Positions 26,509 through 36,526 of a DNA stretch of 61,227 nt are shown piece after piece (within the stretch, counting starts at the first letter, position 1; each line of letters opens with the position of its first letter). The notes below the pieces were generated by a model, which did not search any database, was not told the DNA's origin, and saw only the letters and a program-made list of their open reading frames with translations. The DNA lies in the NCBI GenBank assembly GCA_903881565.1, contig CAIRTR010000130.1:1-61227 (forward strand), written 5' to 3'. The DNA comes from Oligoflexia bacterium (lineage in GTDB: Bacteria > Bdellovibrionota > UBA1018). A program made the translations under genes and the position numbers.

Positions 26509-26723
26509 CTTTCGTCCCGATCTTTTCGAGACGCCTTAAGATCAAGACCGATGCCCTTTGGGTATTTACCTTTGGCCCTGAGGAGACTGTCATAGACACT
26601 CTGAGCAGCAACCAATTCCAGACCCCGTCTTAACGTACGAGTTAAGCCCTCGCCTGTTGCCTCCATGGCTCTCTCCAGGAGTTCTTCGGGTAAGTTCGCA
26701 GTGATCTTTCGTTCAGCCTTCAT
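26505..26723 (-). CDS. vapB: VapB-type antitoxin (RHH/DUF2191-like)
   Basis: MKAERKITANLPEELLERAMEATGEGLTRTLRRGLELV is the type II antitoxin pattern. The start is taken at the internal ATG at 26723. Confidence 0.7.
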   Translation of the reverse strand: MKAERKITANLPEELLERAMEATGEGLTRTLRRGLELVAAQSVYDSLLRAKGKYPKGIGLDLKASRKDRDER

Positions 26724-26777
26724 ACCATACAATATACCATATAGGTAAGCATTAGTCAATACGGCTTAATCGCGTAA

Positions 26778-28604
26778 CTACCGCCGCTTCGAGCTCCCTT
26801 TTCCGCCCCTGCGGCCCCCCCGAAACGGCTGAAGCATCGTCTGCTGCAAACGCTTCTCCCGCGGATCCTTCGCCACGTGCAACTCACGCCCCGAGGCCGG
26901 ATCAATTCCCGTCCAATACATCGCGCTCGCGAGCGCCATCGGCGAGGGAATAAATCCCTGCACCTGCTGCAACTTCCAATTCTCGCGCTTCACCCAATCA
27001 TGAACAGATGCCATCTTCTCAGGCGTCGTCCCTGGAAAACCCGAAATAAAATACGGCACCAAAAACTGTTCCTTGCCCGCCTCGCGCGAGATCGTATCGA
27101 ACTCGCGCCTGAACTGCTCAAACAACTCAAACCCCGGCTTCTTCATTAACCGCAACACTTCAGGATCCAGGTGCTCGGGAGCTACCTTAAGATGCCCCCC
27201 CACGTGGTGAGACAAAAGCTCCCGCATATACGCAGGACTCGTCAGCGCTAAATCGTAGCGCAAACCACTAGCCACAAAAACTTTGCGCACCCCTTTGACT
27301 TGCCGAGACTTCTGAAGCAACTCCACTTGCGGACCATGGTCAGTGATCAAATGAGGGCAGATCCCAGGGAAAACACACGACAATTTTCGACACTTGCTCT
27401 GAATCAGAGGGCTCTTGCACCGCAGCTTGTACATGTTCGCTGTGGGGCCACCCAAATCCGAAACAATGCCCTTGAATCCCTCGACCGCAGACAACCCACC
27501 TAACTCTTTCAAAACAGATTCTTCAGAACGAGACTGTACGACCCGCCCCTGGTGCAACGTGATGGCGCAAAACGAACAGCCGCCAAAACACCCTCTATTC
27601 ACGGTCACTGAAAAGCGGATCATCTCAGCTGCCGGAATTTTTTCTTTATATTTAAAGTGAGGCTCTTTTGTAAACGGCAACTCATAAAGGCGATCCAGCG
27701 CTTCGGTTGAAAGCGGTAACGCCGGGGGATTCACAACCACGGCTTTGGAACCATGATACTGAATCAAAGTCTTTGCGTTAAAAGGATTAGACTCCAGCTC
27801 AATAAAATACGCAGCGCGTGCGAATTTTTTCTTACTCTCTCTCACTTCTTCATAAGACGGCAGCGTCAAGCGATGTTCAATCGTGCGCGCTTCGTCTTTA
27901 GTCCAAATCGCGGCAATTCCTCGCTCTTTTTTTAGAACCTCAAGCGCCCCGTGAGTTGCGCCTTCGCCCCCTAAGCGCCTGGCTTCTGACAACTCTTTGG
28001 CAATCCGAAGCGCCTGCTGCTCGCCCATCCCAAAAACAAACAAATCTGCCGAGCAATCCACAAGAAGCGAGGGCCGCACGCGATTCTGCCAATAATCATA
28101 ATGCGCAAGCCTTCGAAGCGAAGCTTCGACGCCGCCAGCGATCACCGGCACGCCAGGAAAAGCTTTTCGCGCAAGATACGAATACGTCATTGTCGAATAC
28201 TCAGGCCGATACCCCGCCCAGCCTCCGGGGGCATACATATCATCGGAGCGGGGCTTCTTGTTGGCAGTGTAAAGATTGATCATCGAATCAACCACCCCGG
28301 CACTGACGCCTACGAACAGTCTGGGCGTTCCCATGCTTCGAAAACACTCTAAGGATTCAATCTCAGTTGCCGCAGGTCGTGGAGCAGGCTTGGTCCCATG
28401 AAATCCCGGGAAAATAGGTTGTGCAAGTATGCCGACCTTGTAGCCTTCTTTCATCAGAACGCGCGCTAAAAGTGGAATCCCGAAACTCGGATGATCGACG
28501 TAGGCATCCCCGCTCACGAGCAGAATATCAAGTTCGTCCCACCCGCGAGCGTTCATCTCTTCGCGACAGGTCGGAACAAAGCGGGTTAAATCGGGATTGG
28601 CCAT
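26778..28604 (-). CDS. ygiQ: YgiQ family radical SAM protein (UPF0313)
   Basis: N-terminal ILLVSGDAYVDHPSFG, radical-SAM cluster motif GCFGGCSFCAITLHQG, basic C-terminal tail. About 600 aa, as for YgiQ. Confidence 0.9.
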   Translation of the reverse strand: MANPDLTRFVPTCREEMNARGWDELDILLVSGDAYVDHPSFGIPLLARVLMKEGYKVGILAQPIFPGFHGTKPAPRPAATEIESLECFRSMGTPRLFVGVSAGVVDSMINLYTANKKPRSDDMYAPGGWAGYRPEYSTMTYSYLARKAFPGVPVIAGGVEASLRRLAHYDYWQNRVRPSLLVDCSADLFVFGMGEQQALRIAKELSEARRLGGEGATHGALEVLKKERGIAAIWTKDEARTIEHRLTLPSYEEVRESKKKFARAAYFIELESNPFNAKTLIQYHGSKAVVVNPPALPLSTEALDRLYELPFTKEPHFKYKEKIPAAEMIRFSVTVNRGCFGGCSFCAITLHQGRVVQSRSEESVLKELGGLSAVEGFKGIVSDLGGPTANMYKLRCKSPLIQSKCRKLSCVFPGICPHLITDHGPQVELLQKSRQVKGVRKVFVASGLRYDLALTSPAYMRELLSHHVGGHLKVAPEHLDPEVLRLMKKPGFELFEQFRREFDTISREAGKEQFLVPYFISGFPGTTPEKMASVHDWVKRENWKLQQVQGFIPSPMALASAMYWTGIDPASGRELHVAKDPREKRLQQTMLQPFRGGRRGGKGSSKRR

Positions 28605-28628
28605 TATGTTTCCGTCATACCATTTTTG

Positions 28629-30308
28629 TCAGCTTAATCCGATAATATTCCCGGCCGAATCGAGGTCGATTTTATGAGCGGACGGCACCTTAGGCAGTCC
28701 AGGCATTGTCATAATACTCCCACAAATCATGACCACAAACTCCGCGCCAGCTGACAGCCTAACTTCGCGAACATCCACCGTGTGTCCTGAGGGCGCTCCG
28801 CGAAGATCCGGGTCAGTCGAAAAAGAATACTGGGTTTTGGCCACACAGACCGGAAACCCACCAAAACCTTCTTTTTGAAGGCGGGCGATCTCTTTTTTCA
28901 CCGAAGAAGACGCGGTCACCTGCGAGGCGCCATACATTTTCTTGGCAATCGTCTCCATCTTCTCCCAAAGAGTGGCGGAGTCCTCATAAAGAAACCGAAA
29001 GTTCGTGGTGTTCTTTTCAATCGTTTCGACGACCGTGCGCGCAAGCTCTTCAGCCCCGGCACCGCCATCCGCCCAGTGAGTCGCTAGCACCACTGGCACC
29101 CCCTGAGAGGAGAACAGCTTTTGAACTTGGGCAATCTCGGCTTGTGTATCCTGGGTAAATCGATTAATCGCCACAACGCACGAAAGTCCAAAGTTCTCGC
29201 GCATATTGCGAACATGTCGATCGAGGTTGGTGAGACCTTTTTCGAGAGCTCCCAGATTTTCGTTGCCGAGATCTTTGAGATCCACGCCGCCATGAAACTT
29301 CAACGCGCGAATGGTTGCGACCACGACAACCATAGAGGGACGAAGCCCTGACTTTCGGCATTTGATATCCAAGAATTTCTCAGCCCCCAAATCTGCGCCG
29401 AACCCCGCTTCGGTCACAACATAATCGGCGAGTTTTAAGGCTGTCCGAGTTGCAATCACAGAGTTACACCCGTGCGCGATATTCGCAAATGGGCCACCAT
29501 GTATGAGAGCGGGCGTATGCTCAAGGGTCTGCACAAGGTTGGGCTTCAAGGCGTCTTTTAGCAAGACGGCCATCGAACCATGGGCATTGAGTTCCCGCGC
29601 ACGAATGGGCTTCTGAGCACGGCTATAACCGACAATGATATTCCCGAGCCGTTCTTTTAAGTCTGTCAGCGAGTTAGCGAGACAAAATATCGCCATCACT
29701 TCTGAGGCCACCACAATATCAAAGCCATCTTGCCTTGGAAACCCATTAGGTACCCCGCCCAGACCTACCGTCACTTCCCGAAGGGCGCGGTCATTCAGAT
29801 CCACCACCCGACGCCAGGTAATCCGCCGAGTATCAAAAGCCAGTTCATTGCCATGATGGATGTGATTATCAATCAAAGCCGCCAACAAATTGTTAGCTAG
29901 GGCAATTGCCCCAAAATCTCCCGTAAAATGAAGGTTAATCTCCTCCATCGGAATGACTTGCGCAAAGCCCCCGCCGGTTGCGCCACCCTTCATCCCAAAG
30001 ACGGGGCCTAGCGATGGTTCCCGCAGACAGATCATCGTCTTTTTTCCAATGCGCTTAAGGGCATCGCCCAAGCCAATGGTGGTCGTGGTTTTCCCCTCTC
30101 CTGCCGGCGTCGGACTAATCGCTGTCACCAAGATGAGCTTGCCATCGAGGCGAGTAGGCTGATTCAGGCTCCCCACGAACTCATACGAAAGCTTTGCCTT
30201 GGTATGGCCATACGGCTCTAATGCTTCTTCGGGAATGCCGATGGATTTTGCAATTTCAGTAATGCGCTTGGTTTTCGCCGCACGGGCGATATCGATATCT
30301 GTGAGCAT
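28629..30308 (-). CDS. fhs: Formate--tetrahydrofolate ligase
   Basis: [11 protein letters not shown]..., [18 protein letters not shown]-loop, and [14 protein letters not shown] are diagnostic for FTHFS. The start is taken at the ATG at 30308. Confidence 0.95.
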   Translation of the reverse strand: MLTDIDIARAAKTKRITEIAKSIGIPEEALEPYGHTKAKLSYEFVGSLNQPTRLDGKLILVTAISPTPAGEGKTTTTIGLGDALKRIGKKTMICLREPSLGPVFGMKGGATGGGFAQVIPMEEINLHFTGDFGAIALANNLLAALIDNHIHHGNELAFDTRRITWRRVVDLNDRALREVTVGLGGVPNGFPRQDGFDIVVASEVMAIFCLANSLTDLKERLGNIIVGYSRAQKPIRARELNAHGSMAVLLKDALKPNLVQTLEHTPALIHGGPFANIAHGCNSVIATRTALKLADYVVTEAGFGADLGAEKFLDIKCRKSGLRPSMVVVVATIRALKFHGGVDLKDLGNENLGALEKGLTNLDRHVRNMRENFGLSCVVAINRFTQDTQAEIAQVQKLFSSQGVPVVLATHWADGGAGAEELARTVVETIEKNTTNFRFLYEDSATLWEKMETIAKKMYGASQVTASSSVKKEIARLQKEGFGGFPVCVAKTQYSFSTDPDLRGAPSGHTVDVREVRLSAGAEFVVMICGSIMTMPGLPKVPSAHKIDLDSAGNIIGLS

Positions 30309-30379
30309 GTGAACAGTGTAATACAAAGCCTGATCTTTTGCATTGCACATCCTTTAAGCCTCAAGGATACTAATGACAG

Positions 30380-31189
30380 ATGACCCAAGATGACTCGCCT
30401 CGGAAACCACTCGATCCTCAAGGCAGTAAGTATAAAGGTATTGCCGGACTGTATGAATCCCTTTTGCGACGATTCAAAAGGCTGATGCATGCCCTTACGC
30501 TCTTGCCCCTTTATGCAATTGCGGCCCTTTGTCTTGGAATTTCAGCTGCCCCTGGGGTTGCGGTTTTCAGTTGGATAAACGAAGCCTTTGCCACCTCTAC
30601 TCCATTTATTCGCTACGGCGCGATAGGGATCGGCATTGCCAGCGCATTTTTCGCCTTTGGTTTCACCCTCATTTTTGTCGCGCCCCTTCTGAACTTCGTT
30701 TTGCGAACCAGCCCTCGGCCCTTCCGCGGTCCGTATTACTCCGTGGATTTTCTGCGTTGGTACATTCACAACGGACTTACCTATTTGGTTAGATACACCA
30801 TTCTAGATTTCATCACGCCAACCCCGTTTAACCTCATGTTCTATCGGATGATGGGAATGAAGATCGGGAAAGACGCCCAAATCAACTCCTCAAACATCTC
30901 TGATCCTGCACTCATCGAACTCGGTGATCGCGCCACCATTGGGGGCTCCGCAACCATCGTTGCCCACTATGGAGTCGGCGGGTTTCTCGTGATTTCGCCT
31001 GTCAAAATTGGCGCAGGCGCTACCTTAGGGCTTCGTGCGATTGTCATGGGCGGCGTCGAAATTGGCGAGAATGCAAAGATTCTGCCTAACTCGGTGGTAC
31101 TCCCAAAAACGAAAATCCCTGCGGGCGAAACCTGGGGTGGCATCCCCGCCCGCAAGATTGAACTCCGAGATCTTAGGACTCAAGACTAA
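30380..31189 (+). CDS. Membrane-anchored hexapeptide-repeat (left-handed beta-helix) protein, putative acyltransferase
   Basis: Hydrophobic helices in the N-terminal 170 aa. The C-terminal part has hexapeptide-like repeats (IELGDRATIGGSATIV...VKIGAGATLGLRAIVMGGVEIGENAKILPNSVV). Confidence 0.7.
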   Translation: MTQDDSPRKPLDPQGSKYKGIAGLYESLLRRFKRLMHALTLLPLYAIAALCLGISAAPGVAVFSWINEAFATSTPFIRYGAIGIGIASAFFAFGFTLIFVAPLLNFVLRTSPRPFRGPYYSVDFLRWYIHNGLTYLVRYTILDFITPTPFNLMFYRMMGMKIGKDAQINSSNISDPALIELGDRATIGGSATIVAHYGVGGFLVISPVKIGAGATLGLRAIVMGGVEIGENAKILPNSVVLPKTKIPAGETWGGIPARKIELRDLRTQD

Positions 31190-32550
31190 CTCTCTTCGTC
31201 GTCCTCATCCACTTCCGCATAAGCTTCTTCGGCTTTTTCTGAAAGCGTGTCGAAGAGTTCCTTTTTATCAGGAAAAAAGGTTCTCGCATTCACGAGCAGC
31301 TCATCAATGCTCTCTTTCCTTCGATTGGACTCAATAGAACGCAAAATAACGATCTCATAGAGTCGGACATCTTTGACCTCCATCTTGATCAGGTCCATCC
31401 CCGCCTGGAGCGCACGGCCCGCATCATTCTTGATGTGCTGCAGTTCAAGTTCTGCGAGCCTGATCTCCTTCGTATCTTTCATTTCGGTAGGCAGCTTTTT
31501 ATAAAGTGCTTCGGACTCTTCTTTAAGGCCGGAACTCAGAAGTGCAAAAAGAATCTCCTTCAAAATAGCAGGTTTACTTCGGGCCAGAGTCTCTGCTTTG
31601 CTCAGAGCATTGACACCGTCGCCGGTCTTACCTTCCTTCAGAAAATATTTTCCCGCCATCACCAATCCAGCCGCCACGGAGTTCTGCAGGATGGGATCTT
31701 TAACTTCTAAAGTGGAAAGCACATCATAATAGCCCAAGATGTCGTCGTACTTTTTATTGTGGACGCAGAGCAAAACGAACTGCGGAATCCGCTCCGGACT
31801 CACCGGAAATTCTTTGGATAACACCGCCGCCACTTCATAGGCTCGACTAAACTCTTTTTGCTCGAAAAGAATTTCAAATAAACCTGTCAGGCACTTAAAG
31901 TGTTTTGGGTCTTTCGCCAAGCCCGCCTCAAAACATCCTTTTGCAGACGCGGCATCCCCAACTTTTCGATGGCACATGCCCGCAAAATAGCATGCCAAAG
32001 AAGGAGAACTGTCGAGCGTCTGTGCCGCTTCAAAAATCTTAATCGCATCGGGAAACTTTCCCTCTGCCATCGAGATTTTCCCTTTTTCAAGGATCTGCTG
32101 GTATTTGCTGGGAGTGAGCTTGCCAGAAACAATTTCCACAAACTTGTCTTGAAGAGCCGCCATGTTGAAGGGGCGAATGACCAAGCCATCAAAATCCCCC
32201 TCCGCAACCTGAGAAGCGATAGAGGGCGAATTTTTTTCAGAGAGCAAAAGAAAAATAGTATCCAAGCTGCTTGGATTTCGTTCGCGCTGCAACTTCAAGA
32301 GCTCAACAGCCGTGTGACCCCCAAATTCATATTCAGAAACAATAATCTCAAAAACACTCTTTCCGACCTTATCCATCGCTTCGGCAAAGGATTCAGCAAT
32401 ATCAACATTGGAACTTTTGATCCCCAAAACGCCCAACATTTTGCGCGCAGCAACCCGACTCGAGGAGTTGGGATCCACGACAAGTCCTCGGCGGCTTTCC
32501 ATAAAGTCCAAGAAAGATTTATTTTCCTTGGCGCGTGCATCAAACATCAT
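31186..32550 (-). CDS. Atypical (pseudo-)receiver domain protein with TPR-like repeats
   Basis: The N-terminal REC-like fold aligns to CheY with D57 replaced by E (IIVSEYEFGG), DD replaced by DP, and K109 replaced by R (LVIRPF). The C-terminal about 300 aa is helical repeats with TPR-like spacing (...AIKIFEAAQTLD...AGMCHRKVGD...CFEAGLAKDP). Confidence 0.75.
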   Translation of the reverse strand: MMFDARAKENKSFLDFMESRRGLVVDPNSSSRVAARKMLGVLGIKSSNVDIAESFAEAMDKVGKSVFEIIVSEYEFGGHTAVELLKLQRERNPSSLDTIFLLLSEKNSPSIASQVAEGDFDGLVIRPFNMAALQDKFVEIVSGKLTPSKYQQILEKGKISMAEGKFPDAIKIFEAAQTLDSSPSLACYFAGMCHRKVGDAASAKGCFEAGLAKDPKHFKCLTGLFEILFEQKEFSRAYEVAAVLSKEFPVSPERIPQFVLLCVHNKKYDDILGYYDVLSTLEVKDPILQNSVAAGLVMAGKYFLKEGKTGDGVNALSKAETLARSKPAILKEILFALLSSGLKEESEALYKKLPTEMKDTKEIRLAELELQHIKNDAGRALQAGMDLIKMEVKDVRLYEIVILRSIESNRRKESIDELLVNARTFFPDKKELFDTLSEKAEEAYAEVDEDDEES

Positions 32551-32553
32551 GCC

Positions 32554-32946
32554 TCACTCCTTAATCATCTTGAAAATCTTGTTAACGCGCGCCTGGCGCC
32601 TCACAAAACTCGCGGTAAACTTGTGCCACTCACTTTCAGTATACTGAATAAATTCGACAGTAATCATTGTGGACTTTTTTCCAACATGTTCAAGGTCGAT
32701 CACCTTGCCCGTCGCACGAAAGAAAATATCTTTCGATGTTGCAATCTCCAACAATAAGCTGTGTCCCAATGAGCATGACAACCGTGGAACCCGAAGGGTA
32801 ACCTTCTTGTCAGCAAACTCAACAATTTCAACCTCGGCATTGGGTTCCAATTGGGTCTTGGTCGTGGTATTAGCAAAATGTACCGAATACCCGAGTTCCT
32901 GAAAATCCTCAGCCCTTAGTTTTATGACTGCCGTTGAGGGACTCAT
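32554..32946 (-). CDS. Hypothetical protein (possibly a degenerate PilZ-like beta-barrel)
   Basis: The ORF lies 3 nt downstream of the pseudo-receiver gene. It is beta-rich, with no clean RxxxR / DxSxxG motifs. The start is taken at the ATG at 32946. Confidence 0.5.
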   Translation of the reverse strand: MSPSTAVIKLRAEDFQELGYSVHFANTTTKTQLEPNAEVEIVEFADKKVTLRVPRLSCSLGHSLLLEIATSKDIFFRATGKVIDLEHVGKKSTMITVEFIQYTESEWHKFTASFVRRQARVNKIFKMIKE

Positions 32947-32992
32947 ATTGTCTCTTATTCTCCGGCTAACTCGCCCAGGGAGCAAGCAAAAC

Positions 32993-33472
32993 ATGGACAA
33001 GCCACTTAAAGATTCCCCAGGACTTCAACAGACTTTCGCACCCCATAGCACTTGCTTTGGCTGCGGGCCCGCAAACTTAAAAGGTTTGCGCATTTCGAGC
33101 CATGTCGAGGGCGAAGAAGTCGTGGCCGTCTGGAAACCCCAAGCTCATCACGAAGCCTTTCCAGGCATGCTCAATGGGGGCATTATTGGCTCTCTTTTGG
33201 ATTGCCATTCGAATTGGACAGCCGCTTACCATCTTATGAAAAAGGCGGGACTTGATACGCCCCCTTGTACCGTGACTGCGGAGTATGCGATCAAACTTCA
33301 TCGACCAACTCCATCACAGGCGACGGTCCGGCTTTCCGCCAAGATTGTAGAATCACGAGAAGATCGTGCAACAGTAGAAGCAACCCTCTCTGCGGGCGGA
33401 AAAGTGTGTGCTACATGTCGAGGAACATTTGTCGCAGTGAAACCAGGACACCCCGCTTACCACCGCTGGTGA
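32993..33472 (+). CDS. PaaI-family hotdog-fold thioesterase
   Basis: CFGCGPAN...GLRI..., HEAFPGMLNGGIIGSLLDCHS, and C-terminal GTFVAV are typical of the PaaI/YbgC-like thioesterase pattern. Confidence 0.8.
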   Translation: MDKPLKDSPGLQQTFAPHSTCFGCGPANLKGLRISSHVEGEEVVAVWKPQAHHEAFPGMLNGGIIGSLLDCHSNWTAAYHLMKKAGLDTPPCTVTAEYAIKLHRPTPSQATVRLSAKIVESREDRATVEATLSAGGKVCATCRGTFVAVKPGHPAYHRW

Positions 33473-34680
33473 GCGCGCAGAAGTTTTCGAGCTTTCCTAA
33501 AATAGGTGTCAAATTTTTGATGCATCTTCTGCCATGGATTCGCCCATGAGAGACCGGGCAGCAGCAGTCCGTGACACAATGCCAGTACACCTTGAATATC
33601 CGTTCGGTGTACAAATTCGGGAGCAGGCCCGGACAACCCTCGCGAGTCAGGCCCGCCTTCGATGCTTTGATTATGATAGTTGCCAAGAGGCACCGAAATC
33701 CCTACACACGCAAACCCATAAGCCATCGCGCCAGAAGCCTCACAGGTGCCGCCATCCATGAGCTTCACCTGATGGGCGCCCGGCAAAACGGTGTTTGCAA
33801 CTTCGCGAAAAACTCGAAGAGCGTCAGGATCAAAAACAGTCGAGCGATCCCCTAAACGCACAACGGGACCTTTCCCAATCACGGCTCCCGCAAGCGCGCG
33901 CGAAGTTTCAATGCTTACAACAATGAAGTTCCGCTTAGCCGCTTGAAGCCAACCCAACTGAAAATGCCCAATCGCACCAATGAGACCCACTTCTTCAGCG
34001 CGAGTCAGAATGCCTAAAAATGGAGGGCGATTCTTAAGTTTCGTCTTCCAAAGATCTAACGCCGTTGAAACAATCGTAAATACGCCGACCAGATCATCGG
34101 CCGCCTTCGTGTAGATGAGCTGACCTGTTTGCCAGACGGGTTTTCGAAAGGCAAAGCCGCCGAAAAAATCCGTGGCCTTAACCTTCTGATCATTTTTGAA
34201 AACGACCCCGGCTTTATCGATCGAAAGGTTGTGAATGTTTTTCACCTTCTTCGCAAACACGACATTCTGAAAAGTCCCGTACTCTACGGGCCCAGCCCCC
34301 GAGGAAAGCCAAACCTTTGAGCCGTTCAGGCGCCGCGTAGGAGAGCCGCCAAACCATTTTACTTCAAGCTTGCGCGGGGTTTTCCACTTGATGCCATGAA
34401 AACCGGGGTGATCCAGATGAGCCATGAAAATCCGCACCGGTTCGGAGGACTTCTTAGCTAAAAGCGCCCGATATTGCGAAGCAGAACTGACGCCGACAAC
34501 GATGTTTCCAGAGGGGTCGTAAAAGTAGGGCACGCCGCCCTCCTTCAACACCCTTGAGATCAAACTCACCATCTGCCCTTCACGATACGGGGCTGAGGGG
34601 GTCGAGAGGATTTCCTTCAGAAGCTGGTCACGAAAGTCTTTCGACCTTTTTGACGATTTTTTTTGCAGCTTTTTAGGCAT
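33457..34680 (-). CDS. M42/M28-like metallopeptidase-family hydrolase
   Basis: FMAHLDHPGFHG and TRAEEVGLIGA (metal-ligand-type motifs), plus a C-terminal NYHN region. Sub-family not resolved. The start is taken at MPKKLQ. Confidence 0.65.
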   Translation of the reverse strand: MPKKLQKKSSKRSKDFRDQLLKEILSTPSAPYREGQMVSLISRVLKEGGVPYFYDPSGNIVVGVSSASQYRALLAKKSSEPVRIFMAHLDHPGFHGIKWKTPRKLEVKWFGGSPTRRLNGSKVWLSSGAGPVEYGTFQNVVFAKKVKNIHNLSIDKAGVVFKNDQKVKATDFFGGFAFRKPVWQTGQLIYTKAADDLVGVFTIVSTALDLWKTKLKNRPPFLGILTRAEEVGLIGAIGHFQLGWLQAAKRNFIVVSIETSRALAGAVIGKGPVVRLGDRSTVFDPDALRVFREVANTVLPGAHQVKLMDGGTCEASGAMAYGFACVGISVPLGNYHNQSIEGGPDSRGLSGPAPEFVHRTDIQGVLALCHGLLLPGLSWANPWQKMHQKFDTYFRKARKLLRAHQRW

Positions 34681-36061
34681 TTTTCTCCCACATCCGGTTT
34701 TGCTTGAGCAGATCAAAGACCTCTTTCAGAATGCCAACCACATTATCCAGGGTCTGTGAGTCAATCGACATAGCAGGCTGAAGTCTGAATTTTGGCTCGT
34801 AAGACATCGTCAGCAAGCCACGTTTCACGCACTCATCAAAAATCCAATGAGTCACTGTTTTGGAAATCGCTTCACGCGAAGTCTTGTCGCGAACAAATTC
34901 AACCGCCAAGAACAAACCCTCACCTCTGACTTCGCCGATAAACGGATACTCATCAACCATGGCCTGCAAGCGCTTCAGGAGATGCTCACCCATTTTGCGT
35001 GAGTTCTCGACCAGTCCTTCTTCATCAATGATTCGCAATGCCATCGCGCCCGCGGCGCTCACCAGGGGATTGCCGCCGTAACTTGAAGAAGAACCCGAAG
35101 GCTTCGCCCAAGGTTGCGCGTTTGCAATTTCGTCTCGGACGATGAGACCGCTGACAGGGACGCCGCCTCCGAATTGTTTTCCAATGGTGACCATATCGGG
35201 CTTCACGCCTGAGTGCTCGATGCCCCAGAATTTTCCGGTGCGACCAAAACCTGTGATCATTTCGTCTGCAATCATCAAGGCGCCAAATTCATCGGCCATG
35301 GAGCGTACGGCGCCCAGGAATTCTTTCGGGGGAATAATGTTTCCCGCTGATCCCTGCATCGGCTCCACAATAAACGCTGCAATTGCGCCTGACGTGTTGG
35401 CTTTGATCTGCTTACGGGCCAATTCGGCGCAACCGATTCCGCAAGTTGGGTAAGTCGCCTTTAGGGGACAACGATAGCAATAGGCATAAGGGGCAATGTG
35501 GGAACCCGGAACCATCGGTCCCAGCTTTTCTTTAAAGTCTGATCCCATGAGCGAGAGCACGCCCATTGTTTTACCATGAAAGCCGCCCCAAAAACTCACG
35601 AATTCGTATTTGCCAGTGTAACATTTGGCAAGTCTCAAAGCCGATTCAACCGCTTCGGCGCCGCCTGAATATAGCTGAGTACGAAAAACGCCAGGAGCGG
35701 GACGATGCTCAGCGATGCGCTCCAAAAGTTCCACACGAGGTTCAGAGGTAAAGCTGCCTACCGAAAGCTCCGCCACTTGATCTTGTAACGCCTTGACGTA
35801 GCGAGGGTGAGAGTGTCCAAGACCGTTCACTCCGATTCCTCCGATGACATCCAAAAAGGTGTTGCCGTCAACGTCCGTGAGTGCGCTGCCGCGTCCTTTT
35901 TTGACCACGATGCCTGCCATTTGCGCAAACCGCTGAAGCCCGGGTGCTACGACTTTGCTCTCGCGCTCAATGAGCGCCTTGCTCTTGGGACCTGGAATTG
36001 CGGTCTTGAGTTCTGGTTTCTGATTAACGGGTTGTCCGATTTTACGTTCTGTTTCACTCAT
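34673..36061 (-). CDS. Class III pyridoxal-phosphate-dependent aminotransferase (GabT/ornithine-aminotransferase-like)
   Basis: FLDVIGGIGVNGLGHSHP, SGGAEAVESALRLA, MIADEMITGFGRTGK and TIGKQFGGG (PLP lysine) are present. Confidence 0.9.
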   Translation of the reverse strand: MSETERKIGQPVNQKPELKTAIPGPKSKALIERESKVVAPGLQRFAQMAGIVVKKGRGSALTDVDGNTFLDVIGGIGVNGLGHSHPRYVKALQDQVAELSVGSFTSEPRVELLERIAEHRPAPGVFRTQLYSGGAEAVESALRLAKCYTGKYEFVSFWGGFHGKTMGVLSLMGSDFKEKLGPMVPGSHIAPYAYCYRCPLKATYPTCGIGCAELARKQIKANTSGAIAAFIVEPMQGSAGNIIPPKEFLGAVRSMADEFGALMIADEMITGFGRTGKFWGIEHSGVKPDMVTIGKQFGGGVPVSGLIVRDEIANAQPWAKPSGSSSSYGGNPLVSAAGAMALRIIDEEGLVENSRKMGEHLLKRLQAMVDEYPFIGEVRGEGLFLAVEFVRDKTSREAISKTVTHWIFDECVKRGLLTMSYEPKFRLQPAMSIDSQTLDNVVGILKEVFDLLKQNRMWEKNA

Positions 36062-36098
36062 AAATTTTACTCCTCTAATTGGCCTCTAGTTTTCTGAA

Positions 36099-36503
36099 TC
36101 ACTTGAAAACGTAATAGCGATGCAGGGGGAAATTAAAGAAAATCCCCACCGCAATCGACGCTCCCAACACTGAAATTGAATAATGAAGATGCCCAAACTC
36201 CGTAAGTCCATAAGTCGCCCCGGTATTCATCAAAAGGCTCGCACCCGAAATCAGCGAGTACCGAAGGGCCTGGCGGGCCCACCTCTGATGGAAGGCCGCA
36301 AAACTCCAATGCCGATTGAGCAAAAAATTCGTAAGCGCCCCAAGGGCAGCGCCCGACGCCGTTGCCGCAACGTACCAAACATGAAAGATCTCTACGAGTA
36401 AGAAAAGCAGGCCAAAATCCACCGCCGTCGCGACCGCAGAAGAAACCTGCGCGCGATTAAAGGACTGAAAAAAACTCGGGCGGTAAATACCAGTTGAATT
36501 CAT
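36099..36503 (-). CDS. GtrA family membrane protein
   Basis: 134 aa with four hydrophobic helices and the FLLNRHWSF motif. Confidence 0.8.
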   Translation of the reverse strand: MNSTGIYRPSFFQSFNRAQVSSAVATAVDFGLLFLLVEIFHVWYVAATASGAALGALTNFLLNRHWSFAAFHQRWARQALRYSLISGASLLMNTGATYGLTEFGHLHYSISVLGASIAVGIFFNFPLHRYYVFK

Positions 36504-36526
36504 TTGGAATTTCCACCCTTACCACT

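Noticed and set aside
31900-32757. 285-aa plus-strand ORF.
   Set aside because: It is entirely antisense to the REC-like/TPR gene and the following small gene. It has no RBS or family features, so it is a typical shadow ORF.
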